A stretch of 31,792 bases of DNA from contig JBLFWS010000021.1 in NCBI GenBank assembly GCA_047611865.1, positions 1-31,792 of the forward strand, read 5' to 3'. A model generated the notes under the pieces. It saw only the letters and a program-made list of their open reading frames with translations, was not told the origin of the DNA and did not search any database. Positions 17,431 to 26,478 of this stretch are shown one piece after another. Both the position numbers and the translations under genes were made by a program. Positions within the stretch are counted from its first letter, which is position 1. The number at the start of each line of letters is the position of its first letter. This DNA is from Chlamydiales bacterium (GTDB lineage Bacteria; Chlamydiota; Chlamydiia; Chlamydiales; JBDQID01).

Positions 17431-19257
17431 TTAACCAGACAATAATCCCAGAACAGCCTGTCTTGCAAGGTTGGCTTGCGACAAGACCGATATACTCGCC
17501 TGAGACATGATCTGCGATGAGACCAGCTCACTGGATTCTTTCGCAAAGTCCACATCTCTAAGTCGGCTTTCTGCCTGAGCAATGTTGTTGTTATAACCAT
17601 CGTTTGCTGAGAATACAAATCCCAGCCTACTTACTTGAGAACCAATAATCGCTCGCTGGTTAGCAACGATGTCAATAGCTTCAGAAGTCTCTTTAATAGC
17701 GTCTGAAGCACTCTCCAAGGTTAAAACATCGAGCGTACTAATCCCCAATTTTGTGAGTCTAATATCACCAGTCGTAAATGATTGCGACATACCAGAGTCC
17801 GGTCCTACCTGAAACTCATAGTTCGTTGCCGGACTTCCTCCACCAACACTCAAGCCCATGTTATTCGCAGCTACTGCACTCGTTGGCGCTCCAAAATGCC
17901 CAGCATTTCCGAGACGTACTGTCCGAGTGTCGGATATTTCCGGAACGTCTCCAAAGGCAATGGTCGCTTGGTTAATCGCGTTTTGATCTGCAGTACCACC
18001 CGTATTGGTCCAGTACACTCTGTTATTAGCGTCGAACTCAATCGAGGCTATGGAGTTCGTTCTGGTACCTACCTGTAAAGAAGCTGATTGCCCTGAAAAG
18101 GCATTCACAACTATCATCGTACCTAACTTTGCAGCGTCTTCTTCCTCAAAGGCTAAATACTGCCCGTCAGCAGAGATCGCCATGGCTTCTCCATTATCTA
18201 AATCAAAAAGGGTGTTAACATTTGCAATCAGCACCTCTTTACTGGAAGTATCAAAAAGGCTCCTCTTAACATAGTTTAAACTTGCTCCAGATCTGTCCAC
18301 ATAATACATAAAGTCACCGTGAACTGCGAACTCTGGCATGGCAGATGCAGTCGTCGCACCACCACCCCAGGCGTTGGTTGCTCCAACACCTCCAGCGTCA
18401 AGTGTCATATCCGTCACATTTAAAAGGTTGATGTCGTATCCTTCTGTTCCAGCTGACGTTGTTGCATTAGTCGGGTTCGAAACCCAAATACGTCCTATAT
18501 CATCCATAACAAGTCTAGGCTGTAGTGTTGCAGATGCATTTCCATCAAAAGCTAGATCTACTTTTGTGAGGGTGTTACTATTAAGCTCCAACTTCATTAC
18601 CGTTTTCCGAGCCGAAATCGAAGTGCCCGCATCATTTTGAGCTATGTATACTAACTGCTTCCCATCATCACTAAAGAGATAATCTCCTACAGATCCATCA
18701 GTAGCATTTTCAAAGGCGAATTCTAATCCGTTTGCTGAAGTATTTCCCGCCCTCATGTCGGTTCCCAAAGTTCTCTCATCTGTGCCATCGGACTGAGAAA
18801 AAATAATGCGCTTAAGAACAGAGTCCCACACTGAAACAGCTGTTTTACCATTAATTTGTAACCCATTATACTTACCCGCTTCAGAAATACGTGCTATTTC
18901 CGTTTTGAGCTGCTGAAATTCGAGGTTCAGGTTTACCCTGTCGTCTTGGCTCTTTGAACCATCGCTCGCTCCAACAGCCAGCTCACCCATACGATCAAGT
19001 ATATTGTGAACTTCCTGCATCCAGGAGTCAGTGGACTGAAGCATGTTCATAGCGTTTTGTATAACACGCCCTGCTTCCTCACTATTTCTAATTTGAGCAC
19101 GAAATCTTTCTGAAATACCCAGGTCAGCCGGAGCATCACCTGGAGATGTAAATCGAGAACCTAGCGATAACCGTCCCATGGCCGTTTGTAGTCGGCTATT
19201 TTGACGGTTGTAATCGCTGATATACATCTGAAAAGTTGCATTGTTAGCGATGATCAT
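17431..19257 (-). CDS. fliC: flagellin (tandem copy 3)
   Basis: 608 aa, near-identical protein to copies 1 and 2, with many synonymous differences. Confidence 0.95.
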   Translation of the reverse strand: MIIANNATFQMYISDYNRQNSRLQTAMGRLSLGSRFTSPGDAPADLGISERFRAQIRNSEEAGRVIQNAMNMLQSTDSWMQEVHNILDRMGELAVGASDGSKSQDDRVNLNLEFQQLKTEIARISEAGKYNGLQINGKTAVSVWDSVLKRIIFSQSDGTDERTLGTDMRAGNTSANGLEFAFENATDGSVGDYLFSDDGKQLVYIAQNDAGTSISARKTVMKLELNSNTLTKVDLAFDGNASATLQPRLVMDDIGRIWVSNPTNATTSAGTEGYDINLLNVTDMTLDAGGVGATNAWGGGATTASAMPEFAVHGDFMYYVDRSGASLNYVKRSLFDTSSKEVLIANVNTLFDLDNGEAMAISADGQYLAFEEEDAAKLGTMIVVNAFSGQSASLQVGTRTNSIASIEFDANNRVYWTNTGGTADQNAINQATIAFGDVPEISDTRTVRLGNAGHFGAPTSAVAANNMGLSVGGGSPATNYEFQVGPDSGMSQSFTTGDIRLTKLGISTLDVLTLESASDAIKETSEAIDIVANQRAIIGSQVSRLGFVFSANDGYNNNIAQAESRLRDVDFAKESSELVSSQIMSQASISVLSQANLARQAVLGLLSG

Positions 19258-19414
19258 TAATTAATCTCCTCCATAAACATGACTATTGTCTACGCAGATT
19301 CAAACATCCATTGTTTGAAAATACCATTTAACAATTGCCCTATATCCCTTGAAGGTAACTTTCCCACCTGACCTGTATGACCCCCTATATTTGGCCACAC
19401 TTTCTTTCCTTCAG
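19258..19414 (-). promoter_or_regulatory. structured GGA-rich 5' leader, flagellin 3 (CsrA-type hairpin 19299-19319)
   Basis: Perfect hairpin UUCAAACA-AUGGA-UGUUUGAA; GUGUGGCC...GGUCAUAC stem with G-U pairs. Confidence 0.72.
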
Positions 19415-19419
19415 TGTAT

Positions 19420-19447
19420 GTATCGGAACTAGGCAACTCGAACTTGA
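19420..19447 (-). promoter_or_regulatory. sigma28-type promoter, flagellin 3
   Basis: TCAAGTTC-N12-TCCGATAC. Confidence 0.78.
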
Positions 19448-19462
19448 GAAAAAAGTATTCAG

Positions 19463-19499
19463 AAAAAAAAGAGAGGTCAGTGAAGAACTCACTGACCTC
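19463..19499 (-). terminator. intrinsic terminator of flagellin 4
   Basis: GAGGUCAGUGA-GUUCU-UCACUGACCUC-UC-U8, with a compensatory change relative to the other three terminators. Confidence 0.9.
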
Positions 19500-19533
19500 A
19501 CTAATCAGGTTGAGGGGATAGGGTATGTTAAAA

Positions 19534-21360
19534 TTAACTCTGCAGAAGTCCCAGAACAGCCTGTCTCGCAAGGTTCGCTTGCGACAAAACCGATATACTT
19601 GCCTGAGACATAATCTGCGAAGAAACCAGCTCGCTGGATTCTTTTGCAAAGTCCACATCTCTAAGACGGCTTTCCGCCTGAGCGATGTTATTATTGTAAC
19701 CATCGTTCGCTGAGAATACAAATCCCAGCCTACTAACTTGAGAACCGATTATCGCTCGCTGCTGAGCAACGATATCAATTGCTTCAGATGTTTCCTTAAT
19801 CGCTTCTGAAGCACTCTCCAATGTTAAAACATCAATTGTACTAATTCCCAATTTTGTTAAGCGAATATCACCCGTCGTAAATGACTGCGCCATACCAGAG
19901 TCCGGTCCTACCTGAAACTCATAGTTTGTAGCAGGGCTTCCTCCACCAACACTTAAGCCCATGTTATTTGCAGCAACAGCACTGTTGATAGCACCAAAGT
20001 GACCGGCATTGCCAAGTCGTACCGATCGAGTGTTGGATATTTCCGGAATGTCACCAAAAGCAATAGTTGCTTGATTGACAGCATTCTGATCCGCTGTACC
20101 ACCCGTATTGGTCCAATACACCCTGTTATTTGCATCAAATTCTATCGCAGCTATTGAGTTAGTCCTGGTTCCCACCTGCAAGGAAGCTGACTGCCCTGAA
20201 AATGCATTAACCACAACTAAAGTCCCAACCTTTGCGGCATCCTCTTCCTCAAAGGCCAAATACTGCCCATCAGAAGAAATGGACACAGCTTCTCCACTGT
20301 CCAAATCAAAAAGAGTATCAACATTCGCAATAAGCACTTCTTTACTAGAGGTGTCAAAAAGGCTTCTCTTTACATAGTTTAGATTCGTCCCGGACCTGTC
20401 TACATAATACATGAAGTCCCCGTGAACCGCGAACTCGGGCATAGCTGATGCGGTCGTTGCGCCTCCACCCCATGCATTTGAAGCTGCTACTCCACCAGCA
20501 TCTAATGTCATGTCCGTTACATTTAAAAGGTTGATATCGTAGCCTTCTGTTCCAGCTGATGTTGCTGCATTTGCCGGATTCGAAACCCAAATACGTCCTA
20601 CATCATCCATTACTAATCTTGGTTGTAAAGTCGCCGATGCGGCTCCATCGAATTGGAGATCCACTTTTGTAAGAGTGTTGCTATTAAGCTCCAGCTTCAT
20701 TACAGTTTTCCGAGCAGAAATACTCGTTCCAGCATCATCTTGGGCAACATATACCAGCTGTTTTCCATCGTCAGAAAAAAGGAAGTCTCCCACGGACCCG
20801 TCAGTAGCATTTTCAAATGCAAATTCTAATCCGTTCGCAGAAGTATTTCCCGCCCTCATATCAGTTCCCAAACTCCTTTCATCTGTACCGTCCGACTGAG
20901 AAAAAATAATGCGCTTAAGAACAGAGTCCCATACCGAAACTGCTGTTTTACCATTAATTTGTAGCCCATTATATTTACCAGCTTCCGAAATACGTGCTAT
21001 TTCCGTTTTGAGCTGCTGAAATTCGAGGTTCAGGTTTACCCTGTCGTCTTGGCTCTTTGAACCATCACTTGCTCCAACAGCCAATTCTCCCATACGGTCA
21101 AGTATGTTGTGAACTTCCTGCATCCAGGAATCCGTGGACTGAAGCATGTTCATAGCGTTTTGTATAACACGCCCTGCTTCCTCACTGTTTCTGATTTGAG
21201 AACGAAATCTTTCTGAAATACCTAAATCCGCTGGTGCATCACCAGGCGAGGTGAATCGCGACCCTAACGATAATCGTCCCATAGACGTTTGTAATCGACT
21301 ATTCTGACGATTATAATCACTGATATACATCTGAAAAGTTGCATTATTGGCAATAATCAT
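19534..21360 (-). CDS. fliC: flagellin (tandem copy 4, most divergent of the array)
   Basis: The true start is MIIANN at 21360 (GGAGGA SD), giving 608 aa like the paralogs; the protein ends LGLLQS. Confidence 0.95.
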   Translation of the reverse strand: MIIANNATFQMYISDYNRQNSRLQTSMGRLSLGSRFTSPGDAPADLGISERFRSQIRNSEEAGRVIQNAMNMLQSTDSWMQEVHNILDRMGELAVGASDGSKSQDDRVNLNLEFQQLKTEIARISEAGKYNGLQINGKTAVSVWDSVLKRIIFSQSDGTDERSLGTDMRAGNTSANGLEFAFENATDGSVGDFLFSDDGKQLVYVAQDDAGTSISARKTVMKLELNSNTLTKVDLQFDGAASATLQPRLVMDDVGRIWVSNPANAATSAGTEGYDINLLNVTDMTLDAGGVAASNAWGGGATTASAMPEFAVHGDFMYYVDRSGTNLNYVKRSLFDTSSKEVLIANVDTLFDLDSGEAVSISSDGQYLAFEEEDAAKVGTLVVVNAFSGQSASLQVGTRTNSIAAIEFDANNRVYWTNTGGTADQNAVNQATIAFGDIPEISNTRSVRLGNAGHFGAINSAVAANNMGLSVGGGSPATNYEFQVGPDSGMAQSFTTGDIRLTKLGISTIDVLTLESASEAIKETSEAIDIVAQQRAIIGSQVSRLGFVFSANDGYNNNIAQAESRLRDVDFAKESSELVSSQIMSQASISVLSQANLARQAVLGLLQS

Positions 21361-21521
21361 TGACTTCCTCCGTGAATAATACTGTTGATTTCCTATCCAA
21401 ACATCCTTGTTAGATAGGTTGATTCCAAACAACAGCCCCGAGCATCCCCTCAAGGAACTGTAACTCTTTCCATCTAGCTCTTTCCAATAAAGGAAAGACT
21501 CCTAAATGAAATTACTTCCAA
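21361..21521 (-). promoter_or_regulatory. GGA-rich 5' leader, flagellin 4 (CsrA-type hairpin 21392-21418)
   Basis: CCUAUCUAACA-AGGA-UGUUUGGAUAGG contains ACAAGGAUGU, matching the core of the CsrA consensus RUACARGGAUGU. Confidence 0.72.
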
Positions 21522-21526
21522 AATGG

Positions 21527-21554
21527 ATATCGGAAATCCTCAGTATGTACTTGA
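21527..21554 (-). promoter_or_regulatory. sigma28-type promoter, flagellin 4
   Basis: TCAAGTAC-N12-TCCGATAT. Confidence 0.78.
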
Positions 21555-21793
21555 GAAAAAAAAGTAAAAACGAAATACTTTCATGGAAGGCATTAAAGAA
21601 TAAAGACTTAAAAGATCAGTCAGTAACAAACTGTACTTAAACCTGTATAAATAGATTACTTAGATCTCTGTCAGATATAATAATAGGACTTGAGAATCCT
21701 AGATTTTTTCATCTGGCAATACATGGAAATCGAAGTAAACATAAGAATGTTACTAGGATCAGACACAATGCCAGCTTAAAAAGTTTTGACAGA

Positions 21794-22246
21794 TTACGCT
21801 TCGACTTCCTCAAGGTTATCGATACGATATCTAACAGAATATTTCTGATGATTTTGCAAAATGACCTGCTTACCCAAGCGTTTTCTCCAATTAATCACCA
21901 CAGGGCCAACTAAGTTTGCAGTAATTCCTTCCTCTGGATCAGAACTAATATTTACTATGCCCAAAATCAATACATCTTCTTCATTTTCAATTTGCAATGC
22001 TTTGACATCATCGTCGCCTATATCAGGACGATATTTAGGATAAACGAGAAAGGGATCAATCGTAACAAATGCAAGATTTGGAGTAGACACTGCCTGCAAC
22101 CAAAGAAAGGGTGCTTCCTCCTCATTGGAGATAATTACAAATTCTTTTGCAGACTCGAACGCCGGGAGCCCATCTGGAAAATGAATGCTCTTGTGGTGCT
22201 GCTTAGCTTTTTTGTCTAAGACATCGATTTTCTCTGACTGCATCAC
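21794..22246 (-). CDS. fliW: flagellar assembly factor FliW
   Basis: IHFPDGLPAFE, PFLWLQAV, LAFVTIDPF, ITANLVGPVVIN, GKQVIL. Confidence 0.95.
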   Translation of the reverse strand: MMQSEKIDVLDKKAKQHHKSIHFPDGLPAFESAKEFVIISNEEEAPFLWLQAVSTPNLAFVTIDPFLVYPKYRPDIGDDDVKALQIENEEDVLILGIVNISSDPEEGITANLVGPVVINWRKRLGKQVILQNHQKYSVRYRIDNLEEVEA

Positions 22247-22280
22247 TTATCCCCTAATTTTTGACCTTTAATTACGGCCT

Positions 22281-23231
22281 TTATATAAAATTCAGAAGGC
22301 TTTGTTGGATAATTCGCCCTCCAGAAGCTAGTGCGGCTTCATATACATTCTGTACGTTATTAAGTTCCAGGATCAATGATGCTACGTCGGCATCTTCGAT
22401 CTCTGATAGAAACTGCTGTATATCCGAATTCTCTTGGATGATCCGGTTTCTGTCAAGATCGAGACGCTCTTGCGTTCCTCCCAAGCGAACTTGAGACGAT
22501 GTTAAGTTTGAAGCCGCTGTTTCAATTTTAGATAATACTCCTCCAGCCCCCGATATACCTGTTATATCATTGTTCAACAGCTTATCTCTAAGTTGTATAA
22601 GAATCTTAAATGAGTCCGTATCCGTATTAGTATCTACAAAAGCTCCTTTCTTGGAGGGGTCTCCTCCATTAGAGCCTATTATACTCACTGTCGTCGAAGA
22701 CTCATCCTTTGTCTTTACATTACGGGAAAAGCTGTCACCTTCATAAAAAACTCCTGTAATTCTACCGGTATTTGCATTTTTTTCAGCGCGAAATGGAGGG
22801 TTATCTGTTTTTGTTCCACCAAAGATGAAACGATTTCCATTCGTTGTATTAGAAATCTGAATAAAATGCTCCAAGAGTTGTTCAAGTTCTTCCGACATCG
22901 CAACTCTATCAGCTTGTGTCTTTGTACCATCAGCAGCTGAGAGAGCAATCTCATTAACACGCTTCCACGTTTCAACTGAATTATCAAGGGCCGCAGCAGT
23001 TATGTTTGTCCAAATTTCTCCCACGTTGATGATATCCTCGTACTCGCCATTACGTTGCAACTGGTCGCGAGAACTTAATGACTTACTAACTCCAAATGGA
23101 TCAGAAGATGGGCGCAAAATTCTTTTGTTAGAAGAAATTTGTTCAAAAATATCTTCCTGATTAGTCAGTTGAGTCCTAATATTATATAGAATTTTTCTAA
23201 CCAACTGATTGTTTGCTACGCGTCCTACCAT
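22281..23231 (-). CDS. flgL: flagellar hook-associated protein 3 FlgL
   Basis: QISSNKRILRPSSDP, RFIFGGTKTDNPPF, YEGDS, IEDADVA, YEAALAS...SLLNFI. Confidence 0.93.
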   Translation of the reverse strand: MVGRVANNQLVRKILYNIRTQLTNQEDIFEQISSNKRILRPSSDPFGVSKSLSSRDQLQRNGEYEDIINVGEIWTNITAAALDNSVETWKRVNEIALSAADGTKTQADRVAMSEELEQLLEHFIQISNTTNGNRFIFGGTKTDNPPFRAEKNANTGRITGVFYEGDSFSRNVKTKDESSTTVSIIGSNGGDPSKKGAFVDTNTDTDSFKILIQLRDKLLNNDITGISGAGGVLSKIETAASNLTSSQVRLGGTQERLDLDRNRIIQENSDIQQFLSEIEDADVASLILELNNVQNVYEAALASGGRIIQQSLLNFI

Positions 23232-23242
23232 AATCCTACCTA

Positions 23243-25477
23243 TTACCCTTTAGATGTTTGCAGGAACTCTGCTATCATTTCATTAAACGTTCTTATCATC
23301 CTTGAGCTGGCATCAAAAGCTCTCTGATAAATAATCATATTAGCCAGTTCCTCGTCTATATTCACTCCAGAATTCTGATCTTTAGCTGTCAAAAAGCTCT
23401 GTAATAATAGGCTTTCATTTTTAGCAAGATTCTCTGTTTTCTGAACGTCTGTCCCTATTTCTGATACTAAATTCTGGTAGCTTTCACCCAAGGTAAATTG
23501 ATTGCTCAAAGCTACCCTCGCATGCTGTAGACCAGCCATATCCAACGCCAGGGTATTATGACCTGAAGCACGTATATACCCTGTATTGATTTGATCTGCT
23601 GATGTGATAAATTCATCTAACTTAATATCACTAGCTGTGGACCCTTGGAGCAATGTATTAAATTGCATTTTAGCCAAGAGCCCCGTGCTGTCCCCTTTCC
23701 CATTGTAAAGGGAAGGAGGCTCGTCAGCAGCAACTAGTGGAAATTGGTAAGTGTTAGCAAAAGACATACGCAGATAATCTGTACCCGTTGCCAGCTGCAA
23801 TTCACCCTCGGTATCTGTTCTTGCAGAACTCGTTACTACAATCTGATTCGAACCATTTATAGATGCTGAAACACCAAAGTTTGTTGTCAAAGCATTGATT
23901 TTTGCAATAATACTGTCGATTGTATCTGTGCTCACCACTTCAACTGACAACTGCTGAACGTGTTGGCCATTAGTTTTCCCCGTAGATTCTGTTCCTGTCT
24001 CAAAACCATTAATTGTAAATCTACCCGCCAGATTTAAGACATGCGATCTCACCGAAGTAACATCAGGCTCGCCTAAAGCTGTCTGCAGTGTACTCAAATC
24101 TACACCAGTAAGTGTCGGGGCTGCAGCCGAAGTATTCGTTGACTTACTTGTTTGGCTAAAACCCGCCAAAGACAAAAAGCCACTCGTATCATACCCCCCT
24201 ACATTATCACTTACAGCAAAGGAAACTTCTCCCAATGAGTTAACTCCTGAGACTGTGTCTAATTCCAAACGAAGCTTACCGTCATCCGTAGTAGCTGATA
24301 CTGTTGAGGCATTGACACCCCTAATGTTATTTAACTTGTTGGCGATATCAGCCAACGTGTCAGCGCTATCAATAACAATTCCAGAAGAACGAACTATATC
24401 CCCAGATGAATCATAAAAAGAGAGATGGATATTTCCGTTCTGACCAGTAGGAACAATACCTAATGCCGTTGTCGTATTTTTCACTCCCAGAGATTCGAAG
24501 CCCAAACGGCTTTCCATCAAGACTTTTGTATCAGGTGAAACTCCTTGAGAATAAATTTTATTTACTTCTGTAATTAGAGTGGAAACAAAGGAGTTTAGAT
24601 CTGTTCTAATCCCTGGAATAGTCGTATTTCTCACTTCCATAACTCCGGCAATTTCGCCTCCAGTGGGAAAAAAATCATTCGAACCATTTTCCCAAACTGT
24701 TTGAATTTTACTTGCATCGAGGGGATCAGGCCTGGTCTTAAGCCCCGTCGCCGTATTTTGATAGACCAAAGCATTTTGTCCTACGTAGAGGCTAAGCATA
24801 CCATTACTTTCTTCTCTAACAGTAAAACCCACTTGTTTGGCAAGCTCCCCAATAGATGCATCTCTCTGATCTCTAAGATCATTAGCTTCACTAACTCTAC
24901 CAACCTCTACCTTGAAAATTTCTTCGTTTAATGCCGCAACTTCTTTTGACAAAGAATTAATTTTACCCACAAACTGTGTTGATTCCTGGTCAATTTCTTG
25001 ATCGAAATCACTAAGCTTCTCTTCTATATTACGCACTAATTCCGTTAGGTTTTCGGTTTTTGCAATAACATTCGTTCTAGTAGAAAAGTTTTCAGGGTCC
25101 GAAGACAACTCGGACCATGACTCCCAAAAATCAGAAAGAGCTTGGTTAATTCCGTTTTCTGAAGGCTCATTGTAAATGGCTTCCAACTTCCCTAACCACC
25201 GAAGTTGAGAGTCAAAAATAGTCGAAGATGATTGGGATGATCTAAGCTGTTTTTCTAACAAATCATCATGAATCCTGACAATATTGTTAATTTGGGATCC
25301 CTGCCCAAAAGGAAGATCTCCCTTATACGTTGTCCCAACAGTACCCAGTTTAACTTGCTGCCTGGAGTAGTTTTCATTCGCTGCGTTGGCAATATTATTG
25401 CCCACCACCTCGATCATACTCTTATGAACAGCAGTTCCTCTAAATCCTATTCGTATACCGTCAAAAAGTCCTGGCAT
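23243..25477 (-). CDS. flgK: flagellar hook-associated protein 1 FlgK (extended)
   Basis: GNNIANAANENYSRQ, NDLRDQRD, GGEIAG, SGVNIDEELANMIIYQRAFDASSRMI. Confidence 0.95.
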   Translation of the reverse strand: MPGLFDGIRIGFRGTAVHKSMIEVVGNNIANAANENYSRQQVKLGTVGTTYKGDLPFGQGSQINNIVRIHDDLLEKQLRSSQSSSTIFDSQLRWLGKLEAIYNEPSENGINQALSDFWESWSELSSDPENFSTRTNVIAKTENLTELVRNIEEKLSDFDQEIDQESTQFVGKINSLSKEVAALNEEIFKVEVGRVSEANDLRDQRDASIGELAKQVGFTVREESNGMLSLYVGQNALVYQNTATGLKTRPDPLDASKIQTVWENGSNDFFPTGGEIAGVMEVRNTTIPGIRTDLNSFVSTLITEVNKIYSQGVSPDTKVLMESRLGFESLGVKNTTTALGIVPTGQNGNIHLSFYDSSGDIVRSSGIVIDSADTLADIANKLNNIRGVNASTVSATTDDGKLRLELDTVSGVNSLGEVSFAVSDNVGGYDTSGFLSLAGFSQTSKSTNTSAAAPTLTGVDLSTLQTALGEPDVTSVRSHVLNLAGRFTINGFETGTESTGKTNGQHVQQLSVEVVSTDTIDSIIAKINALTTNFGVSASINGSNQIVVTSSARTDTEGELQLATGTDYLRMSFANTYQFPLVAADEPPSLYNGKGDSTGLLAKMQFNTLLQGSTASDIKLDEFITSADQINTGYIRASGHNTLALDMAGLQHARVALSNQFTLGESYQNLVSEIGTDVQKTENLAKNESLLLQSFLTAKDQNSGVNIDEELANMIIYQRAFDASSRMIRTFNEMIAEFLQTSKG

Positions 25478-25480
25478 AAC

Positions 25481-26029
25481 CTAACCCTCACGGTTAATGA
25501 TAGTAACCGCAGCTATCTTTTGTTTTTTCTTATAATCCCCCTGAACATCGTAGGTAGGATTTTTTTCTTCCGGCTGAAGTCTTCTCATAAATTCTTTGTG
25601 AAAAGCCACCCTATTTTCCAAGAGATAGCTATTTCGAGTGTTCTGAGTATTCATCTTTTCCAATAGAGCGACAATCTGATCACGAAGATAAAGGATTTCT
25701 ATGCTGTCGCTATCTGCCTGATTCAGTATGTTCTCAAGATCTATTTGTTTTCCCATCTGTCCATCATGACTCACTTCGCCTCCTAGAGATTTTGATAACT
25801 CCTTTACAATCTCTATTCGCTGCTCGCGGGCTTCATTCATTCTAAAAATGCGGGGCTCTCTGTCTGATAAAACAAGCTTTAAAGCTTCCGTATTATTGTG
25901 TAATATAGCTCCCTGCTCATCTAGCATATTCCCCAAAACTTCCCGCATTATGCTAATTTCGGTATTCATAATGCTTTGAAGGCTTTCCTGGATGCTTTTT
26001 AAATGCTCTTTTGATTGTTTCGTTTCCAC
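25481..26029 (-). CDS. flgN: FlgN-like export chaperone
   Basis: Helical 182-aa protein directly upstream of flgK, with EQGAILHNN...NTRNSYLL...TYDVQG, which follows the FlgN pattern. Confidence 0.7.
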   Translation of the reverse strand: METKQSKEHLKSIQESLQSIMNTEISIMREVLGNMLDEQGAILHNNTEALKLVLSDREPRIFRMNEAREQRIEIVKELSKSLGGEVSHDGQMGKQIDLENILNQADSDSIEILYLRDQIVALLEKMNTQNTRNSYLLENRVAFHKEFMRRLQPEEKNPTYDVQGDYKKKQKIAAVTIINREG

Positions 26030-26038
26030 TTCTTTTCC

Positions 26039-26428
26039 TCAGCTCTTTAGTAATCCGCCACTTACATCAAATCTATCCTTAAACTTCTCTGGAGAAATCA
26101 CGTTCGTGCCCTGAGTTTTCTCTATAAATTCTTCGACCATATCGCGAATTCCCAGGTGTCCTAGTGATCCCAAATTGTTTGCCATCTCGTCATCACGCAT
26201 TTCTTTCATCGTATTCATTTCCTGACCACCGACTAAAGGATCTTCCATCATTGAATCTCTATTATTTTTAAAAAGAAGCCTGTAAAAAATAGCTTCAAAC
26301 ATCGCGGCAACTTTTTTGGGGTCCTTACTATCTTTACCCTGAGAATTCTCTGCCCCATAAAAGCTGTTTATCTTGTTCTTAGCCAGGGCCTGTTCCATTA
26401 CTGTGTTCGTCGCCATAAAATCTTGCAT
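26039..26428 (-). CDS. flgJ: single-domain FlgJ (rod-binding domain only)
   Basis: KVAAMFEAIFYRLLFK...MRDDEMANNL...LGIRDMV; follows flgI; no muramidase domain. Confidence 0.8.
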   Translation of the reverse strand: MQDFMATNTVMEQALAKNKINSFYGAENSQGKDSKDPKKVAAMFEAIFYRLLFKNNRDSMMEDPLVGGQEMNTMKEMRDDEMANNLGSLGHLGIRDMVEEFIEKTQGTNVISPEKFKDRFDVSGGLLKS

Positions 26429-26478
26429 TTCGACCTCTTATTCTTTCGTTCAGGCAATCCTTTCCTCAATTACTTCCT

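Noticed and set aside
17325..19721. Repeated small ORFs 'MYSQ..' (17325-17618, 19290-19721) and duplicated alternative-frame ORFs inside flagellins
   Set aside because: These are shadow frames of duplicated flagellin sequence, with no SD or independent signal.
21361..21453. 31-aa N-terminal extension of flagellin 4 (639-aa ORF)
   Set aside because: It lies in the regulatory leader; the paralogs and the GGAGGA SD define the start at 21360.
21555..21793. Unannotated csrA between fliW and flagellin 4
   Set aside because: No MLVLxR-like frame was found by manual reading.
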